Notes: generated by a model from the letters alone, not told the origin. DNA of 63,508 nt, filler included, from Reticulomyxa filosa (GCA_000512085.1; 20 parts of 20 records of this genome joined end to end with filler, not necessarily neighbours in it); one strand, 5' to 3'. Shown: positions 1 to 13,046, numbered from the whole stretch's first letter. Made by a program: numbers and translations.

Positions 1-83
1 TTTTTTTTTTTTTTTTTTTTTTTTTTGAAAAAAAAAAAAAAAGAACACACAAATGTAGCACGAACAATAAAACTAGACAAAAC

Positions 84-1077
84 TCGACGAATATATTTGC
101 TGAACAAAGAGTTAGGGTCTTGAAAGTCGTGAGAGAGCATTCGAACTACAGCTAAGACGTTTTCGCCGCAATGCTGCAAAGAGCCTCGCGTGAGGTGCAG
201 CAGGTCGTCCGACGTGGTATGATACAGGTAACCATTTTGGATGAATGCAAAGTCGAGCCCAGGCAGAAAGTCATCGCCGTAGTCGCGATAGATGGTAAAG
301 TCTGTGATGCTCGGGATGACGCCTGTTTCGAACAACTCTTGCGCCATGCTGTTGCCGTAAGGGTATACCGCCGCGCGCTTGTATACGTCGATGAACCACG
401 CGTGTCCCGGCCCAGCCTGAAACAGCATCACTTTCCCGCCGGTGCCGGAGGCCTCCAGGTTTAAAAACGCCTTCACCTGTTTGCCCCACTCGTGCTTCGT
501 TATGAACCCATGTGCTGCTTGCAGTATCGTCTCTTCAGCACCATTGAAGTTCATTATCACACAAAATGACAACTTTTCTTTCTGGAACAAGAAATTTCGG
601 ACCATTTCTAACCCCACCGCGACATTCGATGCTATTTAAAAAAAAAAAAAAAGCAATATATATTGGTTTGGATCAATAAAGGGGGTACAACAACAACAAA
701 AAAAAAAAGACCATCGTCGGAAATTGCAGCTGTGTTAATGGTCGAATCGTAGTGACTATTAATGAGTATTGCAACGTCACTTGGGTTGGATGTGTCGCAT
801 ATCTTTACCAGCAAATTAGTCACGTTTCGGTAAATGTTCACCATTCCACCCAAAAAATCTTGCAACACAAACGCACCGTTCGCTTTTTGGATTGCAATCG
901 TCATCGTTTTCTCCGTGCTCGGATTCGCTTTCTTATATTGCTTCTCCAGCTGAGATAAATATTCCAGTATGTGCACAGGCGTTTGCACCTCATTCGCGTA
1001 ACTACCCACCGTTCGGATGCCGAATGACGCTATTTTCTCCAAATGAAACATCGCACGCTCTTCACTAAATTGCGACC
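84..1077 (-). CDS. ERMP1/FXNA-like M28 family ER metallopeptidase, internal exons (partial gene)
   Basis: Exon 1077-712 reads SQFSEERAMFHL...NVTNLLVKI...AILINSHYDS...AISDD. A GT-AG intron spans 711-632. Exon 631-84 reads ASNVAVGLEMVR...NFNGAEETILQAAHGF...FLNLEASGTGG...IPSITDFTIYRDY...GLDFAFIQNGYLYHT...GSLQHCGENVL. The M28 zinc-ligand motifs (HxD, DD, EE, YHT) are present. Confidence 0.9.
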
Positions 1078-1079
1078 CT

Positions 1080-1119
<40 letters not shown>

Positions 1120-1124
1120 AAAAA

Positions 1125-1224
1125 NNNNNNNNNNNNNNNNNNNNNNNNNNNNNNNNNNNNNNNNNNNNTTAATTAATTAANNNNNNNNNNNNNNNNNNNN
1201 NNNNNNNNNNNNNNNNNNNNNNNN
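1125..1224. other. Artificial contig-joining linker N44-TTAATTAATTAA-N44 (first of 19)
   Basis: The identical 100-bp spacer with stops in all six frames starts at 1125, 2225, 3337, 4682, 6198, 14911, 16186, 24200, 25338, 27665, 30803, 34462, 37059, 39140, 44314, 55456, 56794, 59340 and 62158. Confidence 0.98.
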
Positions 1225-1720
1225 ACAGTCTCGAGTTGTCAAACGACGATTCAAGTAAAAGACGGCGTGTCAGCTTTGCGCCAGTTACGTTTCTTGAGTA
1301 ATCTTCCTTCTCTTTATAACACATTTTTTTGGAAACTTTGCTTTCGAAATCCCGTCATCTCGTTTTTATTTACAAAAAAAAGGGTCAATCAAATATCGGT
1401 AAAATTCCAGAAGACAAAGTGGCAAAAAAAAAAGGCATCACAACAAGCGAAGTCCAAGCAAAGAAGGACAAGAAGCAAAAAGAAGAGAGCCAACTGGGAA
1501 AAGACTGAATCACAATGGATTGGAACAAATCTACACAACGATTATATGACGAACTGCGAAAAAGAAGCCAAATGAACACAAAAATTGAAAAAAAAAAAGC
1601 AAGCAATTGCAAAAACATTGAAAGAATTAATGGCGAAGAATGTGTCGAAAAATTGGAAAACAAAGAATGATCTATTGGCAGATAAACACAAAACATGGAA
1701 AGAAAAAGAAAGCAAAGAAG
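1225..1720 (+). pseudogene. Degraded Lys/Glu-rich coiled-coil gene fragment with an RVxF-like motif
   Basis: A short exon SLELSNDDSSKRRRVSFAP is followed by a GT...AG intron, then K/E-rich sequence broken by stops and frameshifts. Confidence 0.3.
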
Positions 1721-2376
1721 TTTTATTTTCATTAGCGGTTTACCTTTTAATTAAGAAAAATTTTTACTAATTTCGGAAAGGTCATAAACATTTATTTGGA
1801 AGCTACAAGTTTTGTTTTGTTTTTTGAGAAATAACCTCTTTTTTTTTTAAAAAAAAATTCTTTGCTTTATTGGACAATTTTTTCCGTTCCTGCTTTTTTC
1901 TCTCCAAATGTTGTAATTTTGTGTTTTAATGAAAAACGTTGAGATGGAATGTGATGTGTGGTATACGTATGTACGTATGTATGTGTGAAAAAGAGAATAG
2001 TGGGGGACAGCCAAAAAAGATGTACGGCAAATGTATGGAATTTGCGGAAGAGTAGATTGAGTTTGTAGATAAAAAAATGACAAAGGTAGTGGCGAGAATT
2101 TTGAATGGCACAAAAATCCCACAAAAATATTTGAATAGCAGCATGGCAAAGAAACAAATGTGGAATATGAAATACTTGAAAGTGTTCAAATGGCATCATT
2201 TATTAGAACATAAAGAACAAATGCNNNNNNNNNNNNNNNNNNNNNNNNNNNNNNNNNNNNNNNNNNNNTTAATTAATTAANNNNNNNNNNNNNNNNNNNN
2301 NNNNNNNNNNNNNNNNNNNNNNNNATATATATATATATATATATACATATATACATATATGTATATTACGATACAG

Positions 2377-3225
2377 AACAAATACGGTGAAAAACTTGCG
2401 GAATTTGGAATTGGAATCACTCCAAAGATGTTCAAGGATTGGCTGTTGTATGCGAAACAACATACGATTGAATCACGACGCAAGGACGTGTCAGGCTTCT
2501 TTGAAGGCAGTGACGACGAGTTCAGAGATCGACTGCTGAACTCGACGGAATCGTTGTTCAAGATCACTGATCGCAACGCTGTGCAGCCCAGAGGCATTCA
2601 AAGGTTCCAAGAGTCGTGCAAACAGATGAGACCGTTGAAGGAGAAGATGGTCGTGATGGATGCCGTATTGCTCCGCAATCTGTCCCAATGGATTAGCGGA
2701 GTGCTATACATCGCCTCCGTGTACGACGACGAAACGTATTTGTACGACTATCTCGCTAACCTGCGTCCCAAGGTCACTATCCGCTCACATGCTCGCGACG
2801 TGCGCTTCCAAACGAGCCAAGAGTTCCAAGCTTGGCTCTCCAAAATGTTCCACGATCTAAGCACCGGGCTGCAAAAAGACTCGGTGTTGCAAGCTTATCT
2901 CAATACGGAAACTGGCGCCATCATTCCGCACTCTGCCGCCACACACAAAGACATGTCTTCCGAAACCGTTACCGCTCCCTCCGAACAAACCGATGAAAGG
3001 CGCAGCGTCTGGGGATTCGTCACCGAGCGCATCTTGGATTCCCACTGGCCTGGCTGCTACTTTGCATCTGCTTCCATCGATCAATTGGCCGAGTTGTTTC
3101 AAGTCAATTCTCTCGAAAAGTTGAACCAGTTGAAACCACCAGAAACCGGATTCACTCCTGAAGAACTTCAATCTTTCCTACCGCCTCCATCGCACTCCAA
3201 ACTAACTTCAAAGAAAATGACTCTA
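2377..3225 (+). CDS. Internal exon of an uncharacterised protein
   Basis: An ~280-codon, GC-richer open frame follows an AG acceptor (2375-2376) and is flanked by (AT)n intron sequence. No family recognised. Confidence 0.7.
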
Positions 3226-3436
3226 GTTTTGATATATGTATTACGTACACACATATATATATATATACATATATGTATACGTATATATACATATATGTAT
3301 ATATATATGTATACGTATACATACGTATATATATATNNNNNNNNNNNNNNNNNNNNNNNNNNNNNNNNNNNNNNNNNNNNTTAATTAATTAANNNNNNNN
3401 NNNNNNNNNNNNNNNNNNNNNNNNNNNNNNNNNNNN

Positions 3437-3990
3437 GCGACAAAGACGCCTACTAGTTTTCCAACAAGAAGGTCAACTCGTAGACCCACTCGTTCTCCAA
3501 CCAAAGTTCCTACCAACACTCTTATCAATCAATGTTCCAATACGCAGACCTACTCGTCTTCCAACCCGTAACCCCACAAAGTATATTTTTTAACAATCAT
3601 CATTTCTTTTTTTGTTTTTCTAATGAAAATATTATGAAACAAATGGCTCTATTTTTTTTTTATTTTTTTAACATTAGGGTTCCAACCTTGTTACCAACAT
3701 TAACACCAACAAGGATATCAACCAAAGCTCCAACAAAATCACATGTCAAATGACCAACTAATGTTCCAACAAGATCGCCAACGAGATTGCCACCAAGTAA
3801 GTGTTTGTCTGTGATAACATACACACTCCATTCTTTTTATGATTTTTATAAAAATACATTGGATGATAAAAAATGATTGAATAAGGTACCAACATTATTG
3901 CCAACAAAGACACCAACAAGAAGGCGAACTCGTAGACCTCCCACCAAGGCTCCAACTTTGTTGTAAACAATTTTACCAACCAAAAAAGTA
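3437..3990 (+). pseudogene. Pro/Thr-rich (PT-repeat, mucin-like) surface protein, degraded
   Basis: Three exon-like blocks (TPTSFPTRRSTRRPTRSPTKVPT; VPTLLPTLTPTRISTKAPT; VPTLLPTKTPTRRRTRRPPTKAPT) are separated by AT-rich introns and contain a frameshift and in-frame stops. Confidence 0.55.
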
Positions 3991-5329
3991 AAAACTTTAG
4001 TTGGATTATTGTATTATGGCTCTAATATTTAGTCTTTGTTTTTTATTTATACAAGTAAAATATACGAATAAATGTGTGTGTTGTTGTTATTAATAGATGT
4101 TGACAATTGAGCCAAATTGTTAAAGTATAGTGTTGCGTGCCAATATGTCATTTTCTCTCTATTTATATTATATCTTTATCTCTATCTCTCAATCTCTCGA
4201 TCATTTAAATGTGTCAGACAATGCAAAACTTAAATAATAATAATAAAAAAACAACAAGAAGAAGAAAAAAAACAATGATATAATAATATGATGATAATAA
4301 TAATAATAATAATAATGTGACAATCAAATAAATCACAAAATATTTGTGAAATTAAAATGTACAATCTTTAAATGATTGAACCAAATCAATGTCACAAATA
4401 ATTATAATAAATTATTATTGACTTGTTTGAAAAAAAAGATATATATATATATATAAAGAGTTAGATAATTTACATTTAGCACTTTGTTCTTGTATATATT
4501 ATTTCAATTGTTTCATGTTATGCTCTTGTCAATTTTAATCCAATTTTTAATTGATATATTATAAATTTAATTCAATATTTACATTGAATATCATATAAAC
4601 ACTTTTATCATATATTTCATTTGCATCTATGTTAATAACAACAGCATTTCATAATTTCATTTATGTCGGTAAAGAAAGTATNNNNNNNNNNNNNNNNNNN
4701 NNNNNNNNNNNNNNNNNNNNNNNNNTTAATTAATTAANNNNNNNNNNNNNNNNNNNNNNNNNNNNNNNNNNNNNNNNNNNNAGTATCTGACAATCTAACA
4801 TTCAAAACAGTTTCAATCCAAAATGCTCTTACAAAATAATGTGTTCCCAAAAAAAAAAATAAAAAATAAAAAAAAAAAATAAGATCTCAACTCCTTCTTC
4901 AACGCGATAATGCTAATGCTACCCACATCAAACTAGTTCTGATTCAACTTTTTCTCAATCTTTGCTGATGACGATTCAGTTCAAACTTGTGTCGAGCGAC
5001 AAACAGCCTGAAATAATCTCAGAAGACCTGGAAATGAAAACCTTCTGCCGAATTTCAGCCGACGGATAGATCGAGCGTGATCATTATCCGAAGACGAAAA
5101 TGTGCAAGACGACTTCTATCACCACGGTTTGCACTCAAACTATCTTTTTTTTTCATTCAGTTATCAAATAAGGTTGTCTTGTCAATACATTCTATATTAA
5201 TATTTCTCTTCTTTTCAAAACAAAAACTTTTTCAGTGTTTGTACCTTTCGGCCACCATTTGCAATGGACTGTCCAATATGGATACATCAATATATATATA
5301 TATATGTACATGTATATTTTTTGATATAA

Positions 5330-5680
5330 TCAAATTTGGAACGCTTAAATCGGATAAAATGTCGTTTCACAATGGTCTCCCTTGAGCAAAGAGGGCCATG
5401 GCTTGTTGCCATTGTGACCTTTCATGTTGAATTCCCTAAAATGGAATTTTCCAATGTATTTGATTACTACCTGCAAAAAATCAACAGATTGTTTTTTTTT
5501 TTTTTAAGCTGTCAAAAAAATCGATATGCAATTTCAACAAATGAAAACTGGAAAAAAAAAGGGCATATGTATATTATATGCACGTATATACATGTTGCAT
5601 GTTTAAAAAAAAAAACACCTGTTCTATTATTAAATCACTTCAACTCGATCACCGATGACATACATAGTCACGAGTAATTG
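5330..5680 (-). pseudogene. CAP-Gly-domain-like gene remnant
   Basis: The minus strand gives YVIGDRVEV...(intron)...VIKYIGKFHF...GHNG, resembling the CAP-Gly consensus GDRVxV-GxIRYIGxxHF-GxxxG, with stops and frameshifts. Confidence 0.4.
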
Positions 5681-6799
5681 AATAGTATGCGTTATCATAT
5701 TGAGTTCTTTTACGATCTTGCACTTGCCAGGTTATCGACGGGTTGGTTCACGTCATTGTTGTCTAAAGATGTGCTGTCGCGGAATAGTCTGTTATGTTTT
5801 GGTCCAATATGACTTTACTTACAAATTCATTCAAAAAAATATGCGAAGGAGCCAGTTCGTATTGTCTCTTTATTACAATATCGTCTTCATTCTGTTTGTC
5901 CAGCTGCACAAACATTTTCAGAATCCGTTATCGTTGTCATCCGCCCTTCCGTCAGTTTCAAGATATATCTCGCTTGGAGTATGCCGCAGTCTTGACGCAT
6001 ACTCAACCGTCGCTGTAACGTATCTATCATTGATCGCAATTGTGGCGTCGTGTCTTTCTTTTTGAGGATTCCTTTTTTCGTCAAATCTTATTTGGAGGGT
6101 CTTGGTTTCAAAAACAAACTTTGTCGAGGTTTATTAAGTTGACTTCTTTCCATTGATAGTGATTCTATAGGAAAGCCTTTTTTTTTTTTTTTTTTTTNNN
6201 NNNNNNNNNNNNNNNNNNNNNNNNNNNNNNNNNNNNNNNNNTTAATTAATTAANNNNNNNNNNNNNNNNNNNNNNNNNNNNNNNNNNNNNNNNNNNNTTT
6301 TTGTATTGTATAGAAAATGTCATTTTGCACAATTAGTGTAATAAATTATAAACTTACCCAAAGAAAGGACTTTGTTATCAAATTACAAACCTTTTCTGTA
6401 TTTTGTTAATTTCTTCATTCTGTTTTTTATTCAATTTATCTATTAATGTACTGCTTCTCCAAAATAGCTACATGCTGATAGATGTTTTAGGTAATCGAAA
6501 TAACGATTATTTCCAAATAAATTACGTATAATTTAAGACAACCAAAAATTAGAGTTGGCTAAACACAATCAAACAAAAGATCAAAAGTTACTAATTATTA
6601 AACACTCAGAATGTTTTATCTTAGCGTTTAAATATTTTTGCAATCTCTGAAGAAAATATTTAAATTCTTACTTTTTTTATTAAGTTATCAATCATGTATC
6701 AATTACAATCAAAAAGCTTAAATATTTTCATGCTTGATTTGTTTTTTCACCTTCCAAATTACCAAATGTACTTGGTTTTTAATAAAATGTAGAAAATTA

Positions 6800-7171
6800 A
6801 GTAGATTGCAAAAAAAAACTGCAATACCTAAATGGCATTATATGAAGAGAATCGATTTTCTCCATGAAAAATAAAGATTTAAACATAATTTTTTTAAAAA
6901 TATCTACTAATCTTGTAGTCTTTAAATATGAAATTGGATTTATAATAAGTTTTTTCTAGGTTGATCAAAAATATAATTTTTTCAAATGATTTTTAAAAAT
7001 TTCGAAGGAGTTCATACATTTTCAAATATTTTTGTTCATTTGTTAGGAATTCCCAAGTCACGTAGATATCTTTCAAAAAAATAATTAGAAATAAATATTT
7101 ATTTTTCATGGAGAAAATCAATTATCTTAATAAGGTACATTTTATACGTTCGTCTTCTATGCAATTTACTG
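6800..7171. mobile_element. Tc1/mariner-type MITE (~370 bp, imperfect ~80-bp TIRs)
   Basis: The left end AGTAGATTGCAAAA...GATTTTCTCCATGAAAAATAAA is mirrored by the right end TTTATTTTTCATGGAGAAAATC...TGCAATTTACTG followed by TA. The same terminus recurs at 24300-24356 and 63467-63508. Confidence 0.75.
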
Positions 7172-7244
7172 TAGTGATTTAATAAAATGTAATAAACTGT
7201 AATAAAAATATATAATTTTTCTCAAAAATCAAGAAAGATACAAG

Positions 7245-7540
7245 ACTAATTGTTTTTTTGAAAGATATCTACGTGACTTGGGGATTCCTAACAAATAAAC
7301 AAAAATATTTGAAAATGCCATAGTGTCACTACAAACACAAATTATACGAAACATTGCAAAATTTTCAAAAATCTTTGCAAAAAATTGCGTTTTTGTTTCA
7401 TCTAAAAAAAGTTATTTGAAAATCAATACTATATTTAAAAACTATAAGATATATATTTTTGTAAGAAAGAATTTTATTTTTCTTCATTGAAAAAATCCAA
7501 TGATCTTCATAATGTGCGTTTTAGGCTTTCATTTTTTTTT
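7245..7540. mobile_element. Second, inverted and more diverged copy of the same MITE
   Basis: 7246-7318 is the reverse complement of 7019-7088 (core GAAAGATATCTACGTGACTTGGG). 7480-7540 resembles the reverse complement of the TIR. Confidence 0.65.
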
Positions 7541-10249
7541 GGAACATAATGTACTTTTCAATTAACTTTGACATTTTGATCCAACTTTTCTACAATAGTC
7601 TTACTGTCACACAGTTATAAAAATGTGTAAAATTTTGATTTATGCTTTATGCAGAACATGTTCGTTGACTACTTCTTCATTTATCAACTTGCTTGAAGTT
7701 CATTCAAATGGCATAAATCTAGTACTGATGATTCTAAAATTGTTGATAAATATTATCTACTTTTTTTCATACACTTTAATACAAAATTTTTTTGTTTGGT
7801 TTTTTTTGTTCAGGGGCCAGGGACAGAAAATGTGAACACATTCCCCCCATCCCACTCACAACACATTATTTTTTATTTTTAATTATATTTTTATTCACAA
7901 TATTATACATCTATCTAATTTTTTTATCTTTTTCTACTACCTCAAATATAATATAAAAACTTAATACGTTGAAGCCAACGGAAGGTGGCCGCACCGACTT
8001 CTAATATCCAATTGTTCTCAATCACAAAGTTCCCACCACCTGCCAGTTGCATCATGTGAATGACACAAACTAGCAACAGGCTATCTAGCCATCATTGTCG
8101 TAAAAAATACACTCCACCCGCATTTCCTGTACTACGCAGTGATACGGTAATACGCCCGGGGCATTTAGCGCCAGACTTTAATACGAAAGCCCTCATCCAT
8201 CCGTTGATACATCAATGCAATCAATGTGCCAACATCTGGGTCCAGGACATTGTCTATTGCTCCTGAACCCCAAAGTTTTCGAATTCCCTACTCCACCCGA
8301 CGCTTCCTGTGTCACTTTAGTCTTGGGAGCAAGCGATTCTCTTCATTGGCAGGATCCCGATCTAATTATTGTTTATTTCCAGTCGCACATTGTCCCGACT
8401 CGATAGCTTGCAAGTTGAAAACAGCAGATTATATGTCTTGTGATGAGAATTTGTTAATATCGTGACGATCGATGACAATATCGTCCCCATTGGCGAGCCT
8501 TGCGATATCGATAATAGTGACTTTTTCGTTTGCTATTTCAAAACAAATACATCAATCTGTTGACATATACATATGCTTTTTTTAAAAAAAAATTTAATTC
8601 AAATTTAAATTTAAAATTTTTTTTTGCCATTGCATTTGGCTTGAATAAATTCAATTGTGTCTTTGGACTTAACAAAAATGTTATTTAAATAACACACGAA
8701 TGAATCGAACGAATGCGATTCAAACGAGACGTGATTGTATTGGAGACTCTGGACAACAGCGAGTTGTGAAAGAGCAATAGAAGCAACTTATTTTCGGAGA
8801 TGGGAGGGCCAGTTGTGTCTTCTATGTTGTTCAATACCTCTTCTATTTTCACCTGGCTTTCCATAAATGTCTTGTCGATCAAATACTTCAACACATTGTG
8901 GTAAAAGGTAAGTCGACCACCATATCACATACCTCCGGCTTCAAATGTTCACAAAAGGATTGGATCACTTGGAGAAATTTGAGTTGATTATTCTGCAGCG
9001 TATATGTGTGTATATTCGAATCATAAAGTCATAGTTATCATGTGTAGTATAATATTTCGGGTAAACTGAGTGAAAAAATGTTTCCAGTCATATTTTTTGG
9101 AAAAATGCACAAAAAAGCGACTGTTTTAAGAAAACATTGCGTGACTGTATCCCGTGTGTGCGATCACTCTATTTCCCTCTGCAACGAGCATGTCCAGTAA
9201 ATGTGTTCACAAACAAACACTAGTGAATATGACGCAAATCAAAGTCTCAAACTGTCATACAATTGCATTATTGCACAATCGCACAATCAATCAAAACAAA
9301 AACAAAACAAACATAATGCCATTTATGAAGCCAACATCTTTGCCACAATTCAAAGGCAATTTTTCTGGGAAGTTGTGAATGACTTTGGAGAAAATTTTCA
9401 ATTTATGCCAGCGATCACTAACGCATAATTCGCGTTTATCTAAGTCGAATCTAATTTTTTTTTTTTAAAAAGGGAGGTGTTTTATCTTAGTTCATTTGAT
9501 TTTATTTTATTTGTCCCCAAAAAAATAAAAAATAAAAAATTTTTGCGCAAGTAATCTAAAAAATATAACAAACAAAAATAAAGATGTCACTAGAAGGAAA
9601 ACCTAGAGATCTGAACAAACAAATGGTTTCTTTGAGTGCCAAAGGTATCAAAATGCTGTGTATAAAATTGTGAGAGTGGACAAATAAAATTGAGGTATTA
9701 TTTTGTCTTTGATTTTCTTTTAGACGATAACACAGAGCCTGATGTGAGTTATCTTTGATGGAATAAGCTTTACAAATTTTTTTGAAAAATTTACAATAAT
9801 AATAAAAAGAATACAACGCAGAAATCAACAACGTTCCGGAGTCACATCAAAAACAAGAATGTCAAAAAAGATTTATGTCTAGTGCAGAACTTGATAACCT
9901 TCATATTAACTCATCATTTAATTCCTTTTTTTTAATAAAAGAATTGAATTATTTACAATGAGATGCATTTGCCAATGATAAAATAAGGTACCACCATCTC
10001 CGAGTTGAATAAGTTCAAGCAGTGGAGCCAACAAGTCAAAGTTGAAACATCATCGACGAATGACCGACAAAGAGTTAATTGAGAATTTGAAGGCTCAACA
10101 ATCCAATGTATGCTTTGTGAAATTCAAACAAAGATTGCAACAAGAACAAACATTACAAAATAAAACAAATTTATTCAATTCCCATTATCAAATGCACAAA
10201 AAGATGTACTAACAATGAAAAATCGGATGCAAAACTTGAAAGTGGTGCT

Positions 10250-10561
10250 ATGACCAATTTGAATTTAGGCCATGTGATATTACGATTATTATCCATGAAG
10301 ACGATGTCTATCTTTATGTTCGGCTTCAAAGAAATGGTAAACAAACGCATCGACGAATTCTTGAATGTCTATAAAAGGCAATGCAAAGATGGTACTGGTA
10401 TTGCCATGCTCGCACTGAATCTGGAAAAAGATCCAAGTAGAATTGGTGAAATGATTGCTGAACATAATGCATTTAAAGGATATAATGTGGCTCTATTTAA
10501 TTCAAAGACAATATCACATGAGATTGACTACGTGCTGGAAAAAATTGGAGCCATAGGATAA
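10250..10561 (+). pseudogene. Fragment of a large protist SecA-like/helicase-domain protein family
   Basis: KRIDEFLNVYK...GIAMLALNLEKDP...GEMIAEHNAFKGYNVALFNSKT.SHEIDYVLEK matches, from memory, the region preceding the SecA-like ATPase in protist proteins. Upstream sequence (9.2-10.2 kb) is riddled with stops, and the ATPase motifs are absent here. Confidence 0.4.
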
Positions 10562-11084
10562 GAACTTTATGAAATAACACAAACACACTATGTAAAGCAA
10601 AATCATGTCATTTTTGTCTGGAATTTTTTGCACAATAATTTCCACTGCTTCAAGCAAAAAAAATTGAGCAATTTTAACTCCAAAAAAGGGACAACAAAAA
10701 ATCTTGAAATTTTTTTATTTCAGCTTTTGCGGTGTACAAATAACGTTTTAAATGTTTATTTACGAAATTTTGTATATTTATTATAATAGGACCATAACTT
10801 TTTTCTGTATATGTATTATTAAATGCTGATTGTATTTGTTTCATATATTTAATAATTTTATCCATTACGATATGTTAATTCTTCTTCACTTTGATCACTA
10901 TAATTGATAAAATGTCGTTTTATTGATTTTCTTCTATGAAGTGTTAAACGATTATAAAAAAAATAAGTTATAAAACTATATGCACATTATCAACAAATAA
11001 TTATAAAAAATACTTTAGAAAAAAAAAGTTACGTTAATTCATTTTTCTCATTCATTTTTTTTATTGAACTCATATGAACATGTG

Positions 11085-11990
11085 TTTACCAAGAAAAATA
11101 AGAATGCGAGCAAGGCCAGTATGGAAAGATGCTTGTGTTTGTGGACAGAAGAATGAATGGCCGGTGGTATGAAGAGAACAACGAATGATACCAATCCGTC
11201 CAACCAAAAGCTGCTAAGCTAACTCTGTAAATCCTTTCGATCAAGTATGTCGTGCATGATCGTTGATATAAACTCCACCATGAACAATACTAGTACAACA
11301 ATCTGCAAAATTGACATAAGTAGTAGCATACAATAATCGCATTTTCATGTCTTTTTCTCATTGCGTATTATAACATATTTTTTATTTTTTTTTATTGATG
11401 AAATTGAAAACGTGCGCATACACATGAATATATATTTACATATATACATATACACATATATACGTATATGTATGTAGCTATTAGTATTGGTTAAATAACA
11501 ACTATGAGCTATGATAGCATGACAGTACATCACAAAAAATGATTAGTACAATTCCCATTTGGCGCTGTCCTGACACACGAAATGCCCACGGTACTATTAT
11601 TATTATTCCATTCAACAGTATTCTTATTATATTTGTCGCTGTTCCTGCGAGATCATTTGAGTTTGAACTTGAAGACACCAGGTCAATATAGCTGAATATA
11701 TCAACCCGTTGTTCCATATTTGAATCATCAACAATGTGAAAAATTTTCCAGAAAAGCACCTTTTTCTCGCGTCGCGTCTTTGATAATGTTTTAGTCCTGC
11801 GTCAACTTGGCGCATTAACTAGCAACAAATTCCAGTTCCTTTTAAGAAAATAAAAGAATTGCAGAAGATTAAGTCCGTACGCACCTTGAATGGAATACGT
11901 GATTGGAAAAGATATCAGTATTTCTATGTGAATGTATGAATTTGTAAGGTTGGATCATGTTGTAATATCACAACACAAACGTAAAGCCTT
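11085..11990 (-). pseudogene. Degraded multi-pass membrane protein (possibly 7TM-like)
   Basis: Several hydrophobic stretches (IIRILLNGIIIIVPW; MLLLMSILQIVVLVLFMVEF; LVSFVVLFIPP) are interrupted by stops and an (AT)n intron. Confidence 0.3.
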
Positions 11991-12027
11991 TTAAGAATAT
12001 AAAAAGAATATAGACAGAAAAAACAAA

Positions 12028-13046
12028 TTAAACCAAGATAAAGTTAAACAACAAAAAAAAAAAATTAAAGTAGATAAAAATCATCAATGTTATTATCTTT
12101 GTCATTTTTTTGACTTTTGCTGCCTTCCAACAAAACAGGGGACACTCCCGATTTGACAACAGATGGTGTTTCTTCATTGATAATGGCAATCTCTTCAGCT
12201 TCACTGGTGGCCTCTGGAGGTCTATAATCATTAGTTCTGCTTTTTTAAAAAAATAAACCAGCACCAGATCATAAGCGCAATGACAATGCAGCCAATCACA
12301 ATAATCACAATGACCCAAATCTGGATGCGCGATTCGGTACTAGTTTGAACCTCATTTGAATAAATGCATGTGTTGGACGAGTTGCACGTGTAGTCGCACT
12401 CGATAGAAGGGAGGACATGACAGCACTGAGTATTATAATACAGCACCGACGATGAGCAAGCGAATGTGGCCTCATTACGGTGACACAATCTGTGATAAGT
12501 CAGCAGCATACACATGCATATTCTGGCATGCTGGTTGAGTGGTTTCGTCTTTGTGTTCGCATCGAATCTGTGTCGAAGGGCTCAGGAGCGAGGTGGTTGT
12601 TTGTGAAATAGGAGCATATATGGTCACATTTTCGCAAGCCCAAGAGCAGTCATTGAACGATAGATGGACCGTCGTGGCATATTCAAAGTGCCATAGTCCC
12701 TTGGCACATGCCCAATCATGATTGCATGAGATGGTTACACTCATATTGTTGTTGACAGTCTGGATAACAGAACCAAAACATGACTGCGATTGATCGCAAT
12801 GTTTATTCAAACTTTGCATGTGCGCGATTACATTCAAATATTGAAAACAATAAAACGTTTGTTCTTCTGAACTTTTCCCTTTTTTTCGTCTTAGCTTTGG
12901 AACCTCAAAACTTTAGTTAAAAGTAAAAAACAGTAGATATGTAATAAGGGTTGCAATGTGACGTAGCGAAAGCAAAACAACTGGATCGAAAAGAGATTGC
13001 CGGACATAAAAAGTAATGCGATCAGCCAAAGTGAAAGAGATGCCAA
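12028..13046 (-). CDS. Cys-rich type I membrane protein (frameshifted; pseudogene or assembly error)
   Basis: A signal-like segment LSLWLIALLLCPA (~13040) precedes an ectodomain with repeated Cx5C pairs (CDQSQSC, CNHDWAC). A TM helix IWVIVIIVIGCIVIALMIWCWFIF is followed by KK. Frameshifts fall at ~12485 (GT repeat) and ~12245 (T/A homopolymer). Confidence 0.6.

Noticed and set aside
171-464. Plus-strand ORFs overlapping the peptidase, Furry and deaminase genes
   Set aside because: They are antisense or alternative-frame shadows of GC-richer real exons.
1169-1180. Recurring TTAATTAATTAA palindrome as a biological motif or repeat array
   Set aside because: It is always centred in exactly 44+44 Ns, so it is an artificial six-frame-stop linker.
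7960-9000. Coding-like minus-strand segments (similar cases at 38380-38900, 39860-40900, 55556-56680)
   Set aside because: Probably decayed genes, but no family is recognisable and no consistent frame exists, so they are not called.
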